64,000 nucleotides of DNA from Candidatus Nomurabacteria bacterium (GTDB lineage: Bacteria; Patescibacteriota; Minisyncoccia; Phycocordibacterales; UBA9973): the NCBI GenBank assembly GCA_003155695.1, contig PMDZ01000006.1, positions 20,007 through 84,006 of the forward strand. Reading direction: 5' to 3'. Positions 10,291-19,242 of this stretch are shown here, piece by piece. Each line of letters opens with the position of its first letter. Within the stretch, counting starts at the first letter, position 1. The translations under genes and the position numbers were made by a program. The notes beneath the pieces are model-generated. The model made no database searches and was not told the DNA's origin. It saw only the letters and a program-made list of their open reading frames with translations.

Positions 10291-10908
10291 ATGTTTACGA
10301 ATTCATTTAAAAAAAATAATGGTTTTACACTTTTGGAAATTCTGATTACGATGGTGATTTTTACCGCAATTATGGGTGTTGTAACCATGTTTGCCAGAGA
10401 CTTGTTTTATTACAACAGTATGTTTTCCAGTGGTTTAACTTCTTATGATGAAGCAAGAAAAGTTCTTCAGCCTATCTCTTCCGAGATTCGTTCCGCTTCG
10501 CCATCTTCTTTGGGTTCTTATCCTATTGAGACAGCAGGTATTACAGCTTTTACTTTTTTTTCCGATATTAATAGTGATGGGTTGAAAGAAAGAATTAGAT
10601 ATTTTTTATCCGGAACTACATTAATGAAAGGAGTTATTGTACCGTTAGGAAGCCCATTGCAGTATTTGTCGAATACGGAAGTTCTTACAGAAATTGTGCA
10701 CAATGTTCGAAATGGTTCAACTCCCATATTTACTTATTATGATTCCAGTTATAACGGTAGTACATCTCCTTTGTCGCAACCGGTTTCAATTTTATCCGTC
10801 CGTCTTGTTATGATAACTTTAATTCTTGAAGGAGACCCCAATAGGCAACCTGCCCCGATAACAGTTACTACGGAAGTAAGTATTCGTAACCTTAAAGATA
10901 ATTTATGA
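10291..10908 (+). CDS. Minor pilin (PilW/PulJ-like)
   Basis: NNG|FTLLE prepilin motif. Confidence 0.85.
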   Translation: MFTNSFKKNNGFTLLEILITMVIFTAIMGVVTMFARDLFYYNSMFSSGLTSYDEARKVLQPISSEIRSASPSSLGSYPIETAGITAFTFFSDINSDGLKERIRYFLSGTTLMKGVIVPLGSPLQYLSNTEVLTEIVHNVRNGSTPIFTYYDSSYNGSTSPLSQPVSILSVRLVMITLILEGDPNRQPAPITVTTEVSIRNLKDNL

Positions 10909-12386
10909 TTTATAAAATAGAAAAATACAATAAAGATAGTCGCGGAGTAATTCTTTTGAATGTTCTGGTGTTTTCTGCTTTAGCGATATCTCTTGTGACG
11001 TTCTTTATTACCTGGGCATCCTCCAGTGTCAAAATAGTAGAATCAACATTGCACAAAGAACAAGCTTTTCAGATTGCGGAAGCTGGGGTAGATTATTATC
11101 GCTGGCATTTGGCTCATGCTCCTAGTGATTTTAAAGACGGAACAACAAACAATGGACCTTATACCCACATTTTTTACGATAAAGATGGAGTTGCTATCGG
11201 TAGTTTTATTTTAACCATTACTCCTCCTATAATAGGCTCAACTATCGTTACAATCAAATCGGAGGGACATGTAAATAATTACCCATCAATCAAAAGAACA
11301 ATTCAAACAAAACTCGCTATTCCATCTTTTGCAAAATACGCTATTGTTGCAAACGATAATATGCGTTTTGGAGAAGGAACTGAAATTTTTGGTCCAGTTC
11401 ATTCGAACGGTGGTATCAGATTCGATGGAATAGCTCACAACATTGTGACAAGTGCCCTTTCTTCCTATGATGACCCCGATCACTCGGGTGGTTCAGAGTT
11501 TGGTGTTCATACCCACGTGAATGTCGGAGGTGGAATTAACGATTCTTTTCGCTCACAAGAGGCGCCTCCGACAAGTCCGGTTCCAACAAGGAGTGATGTC
11601 TTTCTCGCAGGACGTCAATTCCCGGTTCCGCAATCTGATTTCACCGGAATTACAAATGATCTTTCTGTAATTAAAACAAATGCTACGTCAGGGGGTAAGT
11701 ATTTGGCTCCATCAGGAGCTCTTGGCTATCATATTGTACTTAAAACAAACGATACTTATGATTTATATAAAGTAAATAATTTGGCTACTCCCTCCGACAG
11801 CGATTGTGCCAGCACTTCAAATTACGGGGACGATACCTGGGGAACATGGAGTATAGCTTCTGGCGGACAAACTCTGGTAGGGAATTACAATAATCCGGCA
11901 AATGGACTTATCTTTGTGGAAGATAATGTTTGGGTTGACGGTCAGATAAATACCGCCAGAATTACAATTGCTGCCGGAAAATTCCCGGATAATGTAGGTA
12001 CCAGAAAAAGTATATTTATTAATAACGACCTTATGTATACAAACTATAATGGGCAAGATGTAATCGGTCTAATTGCCCAAGACGACGTGACTGTCGGAAT
12101 GATAAGTGACGACAACCTTCGCATTGATGCCGCTCTCATGGCGGTTAATGGCAGAGTTGGAAGACATTATTACAGTGATCAATGTAGCCCGTATCATTTA
12201 AGAAATAGCATTACTCTTTATGGAATGATAGGCAGTAATCAACGATATGGATTTGCTTACACAGATAATACTGGTTACGATACCCGTACAATTATTTATG
12301 ATGCCAATTTGTTATACGGGCCACCGGTTTCTTTTCCTCTAACTTCCGATAAATACTCAACTATTTCGTGGGATGAGATGGAGTAA
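10905..12386 (+). CDS. PilX-like minor pilin
   Basis: RG|VILL N-terminus lacking Glu5, QAFQIAEAG motif, ends ISWDE; ATGA overlap with previous gene. Confidence 0.75.
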   Translation: MIYKIEKYNKDSRGVILLNVLVFSALAISLVTFFITWASSSVKIVESTLHKEQAFQIAEAGVDYYRWHLAHAPSDFKDGTTNNGPYTHIFYDKDGVAIGSFILTITPPIIGSTIVTIKSEGHVNNYPSIKRTIQTKLAIPSFAKYAIVANDNMRFGEGTEIFGPVHSNGGIRFDGIAHNIVTSALSSYDDPDHSGGSEFGVHTHVNVGGGINDSFRSQEAPPTSPVPTRSDVFLAGRQFPVPQSDFTGITNDLSVIKTNATSGGKYLAPSGALGYHIVLKTNDTYDLYKVNNLATPSDSDCASTSNYGDDTWGTWSIASGGQTLVGNYNNPANGLIFVEDNVWVDGQINTARITIAAGKFPDNVGTRKSIFINNDLMYTNYNGQDVIGLIAQDDVTVGMISDDNLRIDAALMAVNGRVGRHYYSDQCSPYHLRNSITLYGMIGSNQRYGFAYTDNTGYDTRTIIYDANLLYGPPVSFPLTSDKYSTISWDEME

Positions 12387-12430
12387 TAATAACCTTACAT
12401 AAATGGTTATTTTGTGGTATAATAGAACAT

Positions 12431-13183
12431 ATGGCTAAAATCGTTGTTGCCAACTGGAAAGAAAACCCGCAATCCCAAAAAGAGGCGGAAGTTCTTTTTA
12501 AGGGTACATTTCTCTTGGCGAAATTCAGAGAAAACACCAGAATCATTATCTGCCCGCCATTTCCATACCTCTATCTGTCCGGAAAATTTAAAAATAAAAA
12601 AGTTTTTCTTGGTGCCCAGAATGTCGGAAAAGAGGAGGGCGGGTCTTATACCGGGGAAGTTTCGCCTAAAATGCTTTCCGATATGGGAGCGGATTTTGCA
12701 ATAGTCGGCCACGGAGAAGAACGCTTACTTGGAGAGACAAATGAAATTATAAATGCAAAAATATTAAATTTACTTAAATTTAAACTCTCACCGATTCTTT
12801 GTGTCGGGGAAAGTGAGAGAGACAAAGAGGGAAATTATCTTTCTTTCGTCGAAGGACAAGTGAAAGATTGTCTTTTGGCTGTACCTAAAGCCCAAATGAA
12901 AAATATTATCATCGCTTACGAACCGATATGGGCAATAGGAGCGAATGCCACTCGTGAAGCAACAAAAGAAGAATTTATGGAAATGAAAATTTTTATCAAA
13001 AAAGTAATTTCCGATATTTATGACGGGAAGATTGCTCACAGTATACCGATTCTTTACGGCGGTTCGGTGAATCCAGCTAATGCTTCGCAATTTGTGGATG
13101 GTGGAAAAGCCGACGGACTGCTCGTTGGTCGCGACAGTCTCGACCCGAAAAAATTTGGAGCAATATTAAACGCCTTAAATTAA
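12431..13183 (+). CDS. tpiA: Triosephosphate isomerase
   Basis: VANWK, GAQN, TGEVS, AYEPIWAIG, LYGGSV. Confidence 0.93.
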   Translation: MAKIVVANWKENPQSQKEAEVLFKGTFLLAKFRENTRIIICPPFPYLYLSGKFKNKKVFLGAQNVGKEEGGSYTGEVSPKMLSDMGADFAIVGHGEERLLGETNEIINAKILNLLKFKLSPILCVGESERDKEGNYLSFVEGQVKDCLLAVPKAQMKNIIIAYEPIWAIGANATREATKEEFMEMKIFIKKVISDIYDGKIAHSIPILYGGSVNPANASQFVDGGKADGLLVGRDSLDPKKFGAILNALN

Positions 13184-13188
13184 ATAAA

Positions 13189-14310
13189 ATGAAATCAATA
13201 AAAGAATTAAAAAATTTAACCGGCAAAAGAGTTGTTCTCCGAGCCGATTTCAATGTGCCGATAAAAAACGGCGTTGTCCTTGATGATTTCCGGATTAAAA
13301 AAGTTATTCCGAGCATTTTATATTTGCAGAAGAAAGGCGCGAAAGTTATTATTATTTCCCATATCGGAGACGACGGGAAAGAGAGTTTGCTTCCGGTGGC
13401 AAATAAACTTAAAAAATATATTAAAGACGTGAACTTTATTCAAACGCCGATTTTTTCCAACGAGACACAAAAAATATTAAATTCACTAAAAAATAAAGAT
13501 ATAGTCTTGCTTGAGAACTTGCGTCGCGAGACCGGCGAAAAGAAAAATTCGCCTTCATTTGCAAGGGCTTTATCGCGGTATGGCGATATTTACGTCAATG
13601 ATGCTTTCTCGGTTTCTCACCGCGAACATGCTTCGATTGTTGGCATCACCAAGTATCTTCCCGGCTATGCCGGTTTTCAGATGGAAGCCGAAGTAGAAAA
13701 TTTATCAAAAGTCTTTAATCCGCCACACCCATTTTTATTTATCTTGGGCGGAGCGAAATTTGAAACGAAAATTCCTTTGATTAAAAAGTTTCTTCGCCAA
13801 GCCGACCACATTTTTATTGCCGGAGCGATTGCCAATGACTTCTTCAAAGCAAGAGGTTATGAAGTCGGAACATCGCTTGTCAGTGATGCGAATTTTCAAA
13901 TTACTCCGCTCTTAAAAGCTAAAAATCTAATTCTGCCGACTGATGTTGAAGTTACAAAAAATTCCAAAAATCATATAACCAAGCCGACCGAGGTCATGCC
14001 GGATGAAAATATTGTTGATATCGGACCGCAATCGGTTCTCCAGCTCAAAGATTTAATTGCTAAAGCCGAATTTATTCTCTGGAATGGACCACTTGGAAAA
14101 TTTGAAAGTGGTTTCGGTAAAGCAACAGAAGAAGTGCTTAAGATTGTTTCCAAATCAAAAGCCAAGAATGTCATCGGCGGAGGGGACACAGTTGCACTTA
14201 TCTCAAAACTCAAAATTGAAGATAAACTCGGTTTCGTTTCAACCGGCGGTGGGGCTACTCTCGATTTCCTTTCCAAAGGAACCTTGCCGGGGATCCGTGT
14301 ATTAAAATAA
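13189..14310 (+). CDS. pgk: Phosphoglycerate kinase
   Basis: RADFNVP, LLENLR, VNDAF, WNGPLG, GGGDT, STGGGA. Confidence 0.95.
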   Translation: MKSIKELKNLTGKRVVLRADFNVPIKNGVVLDDFRIKKVIPSILYLQKKGAKVIIISHIGDDGKESLLPVANKLKKYIKDVNFIQTPIFSNETQKILNSLKNKDIVLLENLRRETGEKKNSPSFARALSRYGDIYVNDAFSVSHREHASIVGITKYLPGYAGFQMEAEVENLSKVFNPPHPFLFILGGAKFETKIPLIKKFLRQADHIFIAGAIANDFFKARGYEVGTSLVSDANFQITPLLKAKNLILPTDVEVTKNSKNHITKPTEVMPDENIVDIGPQSVLQLKDLIAKAEFILWNGPLGKFESGFGKATEEVLKIVSKSKAKNVIGGGDTVALISKLKIEDKLGFVSTGGGATLDFLSKGTLPGIRVLK

Positions 14311-14322
14311 ATATGTAAATAT

Positions 14323-14901
14323 ATGTCCATAATAAATATTTTTAAAAAGATAATTCAAAAGAGACCAAATGAGAATGATTATGGAATAAACCTGTCGATT
14401 CCATCACTTAAAAAATTTCTGACTTATTTGCCCCCGAATCCAATGATTCTGAACGTCGGGTGCGGAATAGGTCAAGACTCCAAATTTCTGAAAGAGAACG
14501 GCTGCTATGTTTTGGGAGTGGATTCGTCCAAAGAGATGATTAACCGAGCGAAAGTTTACGCTCCCGAAGTTAAATTCGAATTGCAAGATTTTATGAAGTT
14601 GGAGCCGAGCGTCAAATATGACGCGATTTGGTGCTCCAGAGTTTTTCATCATATGGTAAATATTGGACCAGAAAAATTCTTCGGCCAAGCAAAAAATTTA
14701 TTGAAAGAAAAAGGAGTTTTATATTTAACATCGGTTGCTTCCGATACGGAACGAGGTGAAATAATAAAAAACAATCTGGTTATTCGCGGATTAACCGAAA
14801 ATTCGTTCAAGAGTATGGTTATGGAGAATGGTTTTGAAATCTTGGATTTTAATTATTGGGATGACAGGAAAGGTATGGAAATATTTGCCAGAGTAAAATA
14901 A
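14323..14901 (+). CDS. Class I SAM-dependent methyltransferase
   Basis: ILNVGCGIG motif I, GVDSS, YDAIW. Confidence 0.8.
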   Translation: MSIINIFKKIIQKRPNENDYGINLSIPSLKKFLTYLPPNPMILNVGCGIGQDSKFLKENGCYVLGVDSSKEMINRAKVYAPEVKFELQDFMKLEPSVKYDAIWCSRVFHHMVNIGPEKFFGQAKNLLKEKGVLYLTSVASDTERGEIIKNNLVIRGLTENSFKSMVMENGFEILDFNYWDDRKGMEIFARVK

Positions 14902-14904
14902 AAA

Positions 14905-16665
14905 ATGGAAGATCAGACCAAAATATGCCAAAACTGCAAAAATAAGTTCAACATCGAACCCGATGATTTTTCTTTCTACGAGAAAATGAAAGTTCCGGCA
15001 CCAACTTTTTGCTATCTTTGCAGAGTAGAGAGACGGCTGGCATTTCGAAACGAGAGAAAATTTTTCAGAGTCAAGGATGCTTTTACAGGTCTTGATATTT
15101 TTTCTCTTTACCCACCAGAAAGCGGGAAGAAATCAGTAACCGAAGAAGAATGGCACAAGGACAACTGGAACGAACTTGATTACGGCCGTGATTATGATTT
15201 TTCCATAAATTTTTTCAAACAGCTCTACAAATTGGAAAAAGAAGTGCCGATTTTCGCCCTTCGGGTTGAAGGCATGATCAATAGCTCCTATTGTGCCAAT
15301 GCTTCATATTTGAGGAATACTTACCTTTGTTTCAATTCCAATACTTCGGAAAGCTGTATGTACGGTAATGCCGTCGATTACAGTAAAGATTGTGTAGATA
15401 ACTCCCATGTCAATCATATGGAAAGATGTTACGAATGTTTCTGGATGCAGAATTGTTATCAATGTTATTTTACGATTATGTCGGCGGAATCGAGAAATTT
15501 GTGGTTCTGTCGAAATTGCCTTGGTTGTAACGATTGTTTTGGTTGTACCAACTTACGCAAAGCCTCATATTATATATTCAATAAACAATATTCAAAAGAA
15601 GACTATTTTTCGGAAATAGAAAAAATGAAATTGGATACGATATCCGGTCTTAAAAAGGCAAGAGAAGCTGCCAGAAATTTCTGGAAAACTCAACCGACAA
15701 AATACCAGCACGGCCTGAAAAATATTAATTCAACCGGTTCGTACGTTACCAATTGCAAGAATGTTAATGACAGTTTCCTTATCAGAGAAGGGGAAAATAT
15801 GCGTTATTGCCAGTATTTGCAGGTTCCAAAAAACAAAGATTGTTATGATACCACAGCCTGGGGGGATAATATGGAAATGCATTATGAAACTTGTCTTTGC
15901 GGCGAAAATTCATACAATCTTAAATTTTCAACCGACAGTTGGCCAAACTGCAAAAATCTCGAGTATTGTATAAGTTGTTTCAGTACATCCGATTGTTTTG
16001 CTTGCGTCGGTTTGAAGAAAAAACAATATTGTATTTTCAACAAGCAATATGGAAAAGACGAATATTTTGAAATGGTGGAAAAAATAAAAAAACAGATGGA
16101 TGATATACCGTATGTCGACAAAAAGGGGAGTGTCTATAAATACGGTGAATTTTTCCCGATTGAACTTTCACCGTTCGGTTACAACAATACGACATCTTTC
16201 CAATATTTCCCGATGACGAAAGTTAAAGCCGAGGAAAACGGCTACCCATGGATTGAAGTTCCGCGTGGTAAATATAATATCACCAAAAAAGCCTTGGAAT
16301 TACCCTATTCAATTAACGATGCGGATGAAAGCATTTTGGATGATGTCATCGAATGCAACAATTGTAAAAATCCTTACAAAATTCTGGAAGACGAATTTAA
16401 TTTTTATAAAAAAGAAAAAATACCGTTGCCGGATTTATGCGATGAGTGTCGTTTCAGAAGAAGAATCGAAGACAGATTAAAGTTTCAACTCTACGATAGG
16501 TCTTGTATGTGTTCAGGAGAAAAAGATGCCACTGGAAAATACAAAAATACCGTCAAACATGTCCACGGTGACAATTCTTGCGAAGAAAAATTCAAAACCG
16601 GCTACGGTTCGGAGAGAGGAGAGATAATCTATTGTGAGAAATGTTATCAGCAGGAAGTTTATTAA
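14905..16665 (+). CDS. Cys-rich protein of unknown function, paralog 3
   Basis: 586 aa; same terminal motifs (CQNCK...P.PTFC; YCEKCYQQEVY). Confidence 0.85.
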   Translation: MEDQTKICQNCKNKFNIEPDDFSFYEKMKVPAPTFCYLCRVERRLAFRNERKFFRVKDAFTGLDIFSLYPPESGKKSVTEEEWHKDNWNELDYGRDYDFSINFFKQLYKLEKEVPIFALRVEGMINSSYCANASYLRNTYLCFNSNTSESCMYGNAVDYSKDCVDNSHVNHMERCYECFWMQNCYQCYFTIMSAESRNLWFCRNCLGCNDCFGCTNLRKASYYIFNKQYSKEDYFSEIEKMKLDTISGLKKAREAARNFWKTQPTKYQHGLKNINSTGSYVTNCKNVNDSFLIREGENMRYCQYLQVPKNKDCYDTTAWGDNMEMHYETCLCGENSYNLKFSTDSWPNCKNLEYCISCFSTSDCFACVGLKKKQYCIFNKQYGKDEYFEMVEKIKKQMDDIPYVDKKGSVYKYGEFFPIELSPFGYNNTTSFQYFPMTKVKAEENGYPWIEVPRGKYNITKKALELPYSINDADESILDDVIECNNCKNPYKILEDEFNFYKKEKIPLPDLCDECRFRRRIEDRLKFQLYDRSCMCSGEKDATGKYKNTVKHVHGDNSCEEKFKTGYGSERGEIIYCEKCYQQEVY

Positions 16666-17066
16666 ATCGCTTTCTTTATTTTTTCAAGTGTTTTTTTGGC
16701 TTCCGATTCTTTGTATTCTTTTGTCGGGAAGTTTCTAAAAAAATCTCCATTATATCGAGGTATCACGTGGACGTGGAAATGGGGGACTTCGTTACCGACA
16801 ACTGATTCCTGAACATAATCACATTTTAAACTCTTTTTGAGAGCAAGCATCATTTTTTTTGTTAGTTTGAAGATATCTCCGATTGTCTTATCGTCTGCTT
16901 CCTGCATCCAAACAATATGTTTTTTGGGAATTATCAAAAGATGACCATGGCTGACCGGTTTAATATCAAGAAAAACCAAGAAATTTTTATCCTCGAAGAC
17001 TTTACTACAAGGGATCTCTCCCTTTGCCAGCTTGCAAAATATGCAGCTATTTGTTTGTTCGGTCAT
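16662..17066 (-). CDS. HIT family nucleotide hydrolase
   Basis: CIFC, GHLLIIPKKH, VPHFHVHVIPR; ATG at 17066 chosen from the -10 position. Confidence 0.9.
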   Translation of the reverse strand: MTEQTNSCIFCKLAKGEIPCSKVFEDKNFLVFLDIKPVSHGHLLIIPKKHIVWMQEADDKTIGDIFKLTKKMMLALKKSLKCDYVQESVVGNEVPHFHVHVIPRYNGDFFRNFPTKEYKESEAKKTLEKIKKAI

Positions 17067-17094
17067 GTTAGCATTATATGGTAAAATCAAAAGT

Positions 17095-18774
17095 ATGCCA
17101 AATCACATTGAACTACTTGACTTATTGCTCGCCAATCGCGGAATACCGAAAGATGAGCAAGAAAGATTTCTCAATCCATCTTATGAAGAGCATCTTTACG
17201 ACCCATTTCTGATGAAAGATATGGAGCGAGCTTGTGTGCGGATTTTCGAGGCGGTGGAAGCCAAAGAAAAAATTCTTATTTATAGCGATTACGATTGCGA
17301 CGGTATACCGGCTTCAGTTATCATCTACGATTTTTTTAACAAGATTGGTCACAAGGATTTTTCTATATATATTCCTGACCGGCATGATGAAGGCTATGGA
17401 CTCCACCTTGATGCTATCGACCAATTTATCGCCGAAGAGGTAAAACTTTTAATCACTTTCGACCTTGGAATTACGGCGGTAGAGGAAGTGGCTCGTGCAG
17501 AAGCGGCTGGAATAGATGTTATAATTTCCGACCATCACCTGCCTCATCGGCAGGCAGGCTTACCCCAAGAAGAACTTCCTCGGGCTTATGCCATCTTAAA
17601 TCCAAAGCAAGAAGATTGTGGATACCCGGATAAAAATCTATGCGGAGCCGGAATTGCTTTTAAGTTAGTTCAAGCACTGATAAAAAAATATGGTGAATAT
17701 TGGAAAATAAATAATGGCTGGGAGAAATGGTTGCTCGATATGGTCGGGGTGGCAACTTTGGCTGACCAAGTTCCACTTCTCGGTGAAAACCGCGTGCTTG
17801 CCTATTATGGTTTGAAAGTTTTGCAGAAAGGACGCCGACCCGGACTTGTCGAAATTTTCCGTAAGGCTGGAGTAGAAATTACAAAACTAAACGAAGAGGA
17901 TATTACTTTCACTTTGGCTCCGCGCATAAATGCTGCCTCGCGAATGGCCGACCCGATGATTGCTTTTGAAGCTTTGTCGGCAATCGATGCGGTCTTGGCC
18001 AGAACTTGTGCCGATAATTTGTCGAAAATAAACGATGAAAGGAAAATAATGGTTGCTCATATGATGAAAGAAGTGAAAAAGATTTTGAGTAAGAGGGAAG
18101 ACAAGAAAGTGATTGTTATCGGGAACCCTTTATGGCGAATCGGTGTCTTGGGAATTATCGCTTCGAAAATTGTTGAAGAATATAAAAGACCGGTTTTCGT
18201 TTGGGGGTCGGATGGTAGCGACATATTGAAGGGTTCATGCCGTTCATGGGGGAATGTAAATTTAGTCGATGTTATGAGTGCCTTGCCGGAGAACAGCTTG
18301 GCTGGCTTTGGCGGGCATAGCGGGGCAGGGGGGTTCTCGGTCTCACACACAGAGATACATTTTCTTGAAGAAAGAATTTTGAAAGTTTTTGACAAAGATT
18401 GGGGGACTGGTGAAGAAGTCCTTCCGGATGAAGCCGAAGCAACGATAAGTATTGATGACGTTACAAGCGGCAATTACAGTGTCATAGAAAAGCTTGCGCC
18501 CTATGGAATAGGGAATCCAAAACCGAAATTTCTTTTCAAAAATTTGACGATATCGGGAATTAAAGAATTCGGCAAAGAGAAAAACCACTTGGAATTATCT
18601 TTCAAAAATAGTCATGGGTCGCAAATTAAAGCCATTGCCTTCTTTAAAACACGCAACAGTTTTGAACCCATACTTCTAGAGGGGAACAGCATAAATCTGG
18701 TGGCGACATTCGAAAAGAATAATTTCGCCGGTCGGGACGAGCTTCGATTAAGAATTGTTGATATAATAATATGA
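17095..18774 (+). CDS. recJ: Single-stranded DNA exonuclease RecJ
   Basis: DYDCDG, SDHH, APRINAASR, GGH motifs; ATG 17095 preferred. Confidence 0.95.
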   Translation: MPNHIELLDLLLANRGIPKDEQERFLNPSYEEHLYDPFLMKDMERACVRIFEAVEAKEKILIYSDYDCDGIPASVIIYDFFNKIGHKDFSIYIPDRHDEGYGLHLDAIDQFIAEEVKLLITFDLGITAVEEVARAEAAGIDVIISDHHLPHRQAGLPQEELPRAYAILNPKQEDCGYPDKNLCGAGIAFKLVQALIKKYGEYWKINNGWEKWLLDMVGVATLADQVPLLGENRVLAYYGLKVLQKGRRPGLVEIFRKAGVEITKLNEEDITFTLAPRINAASRMADPMIAFEALSAIDAVLARTCADNLSKINDERKIMVAHMMKEVKKILSKREDKKVIVIGNPLWRIGVLGIIASKIVEEYKRPVFVWGSDGSDILKGSCRSWGNVNLVDVMSALPENSLAGFGGHSGAGGFSVSHTEIHFLEERILKVFDKDWGTGEEVLPDEAEATISIDDVTSGNYSVIEKLAPYGIGNPKPKFLFKNLTISGIKEFGKEKNHLELSFKNSHGSQIKAIAFFKTRNSFEPILLEGNSINLVATFEKNNFAGRDELRLRIVDIII

Positions 18775-19232
18775 TTATGAATAAAGATATAAAAATTTAT
18801 ACCGATGGATCGTCGCTGGGGAATCCGGGGCCAGGAGGATGGGGGATGGTGGTACTTGAAGGTGAAAAGAAAATCCATGAACAAGGCGGATACGATAAAA
18901 ATACGACCAACAACCGGATGGAACTGACGGCTGTTATGGAAACTTTAAAATATATAACCAAGCACCACAAAAAAGATAATGTTGCAATTTTTGCCGATTC
19001 GAGTTATGTTCTAACGGGGATACAATCGTGGATACATAACTGGGAAAAAAACGGCTGGCGAACAGCCAACAAAAAGCAGGTTTTAAATCAGGATTTATGG
19101 AAAGAATTAATTGCTCTTGTCCGAAGTTATAGAAACAAAATAAATTGGGAGAAAGTGAAAGGTCATTCAGGGCATATCCACAACGACCGTGCCGATGAAA
19201 TTGCGAAAAGTTGTGCGTTGAAACAGGAATAA
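18771..19232 (+). CDS. rnhA: Ribonuclease HI
   Basis: YTDGS..GNPGPGG, TTNNRMEL, KVKGHSG, N..AD. Confidence 0.95.
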   Translation: MIMNKDIKIYTDGSSLGNPGPGGWGMVVLEGEKKIHEQGGYDKNTTNNRMELTAVMETLKYITKHHKKDNVAIFADSSYVLTGIQSWIHNWEKNGWRTANKKQVLNQDLWKELIALVRSYRNKINWEKVKGHSGHIHNDRADEIAKSCALKQE

Positions 19233-19242
19233 ATAAATTTTT

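Noticed and set aside
1298-16665. Cys-rich paralogs as diversity-generating retroelement targets
   Set aside because: No reverse transcriptase in the window and no TR/VR pair differing only at adenines was seen.
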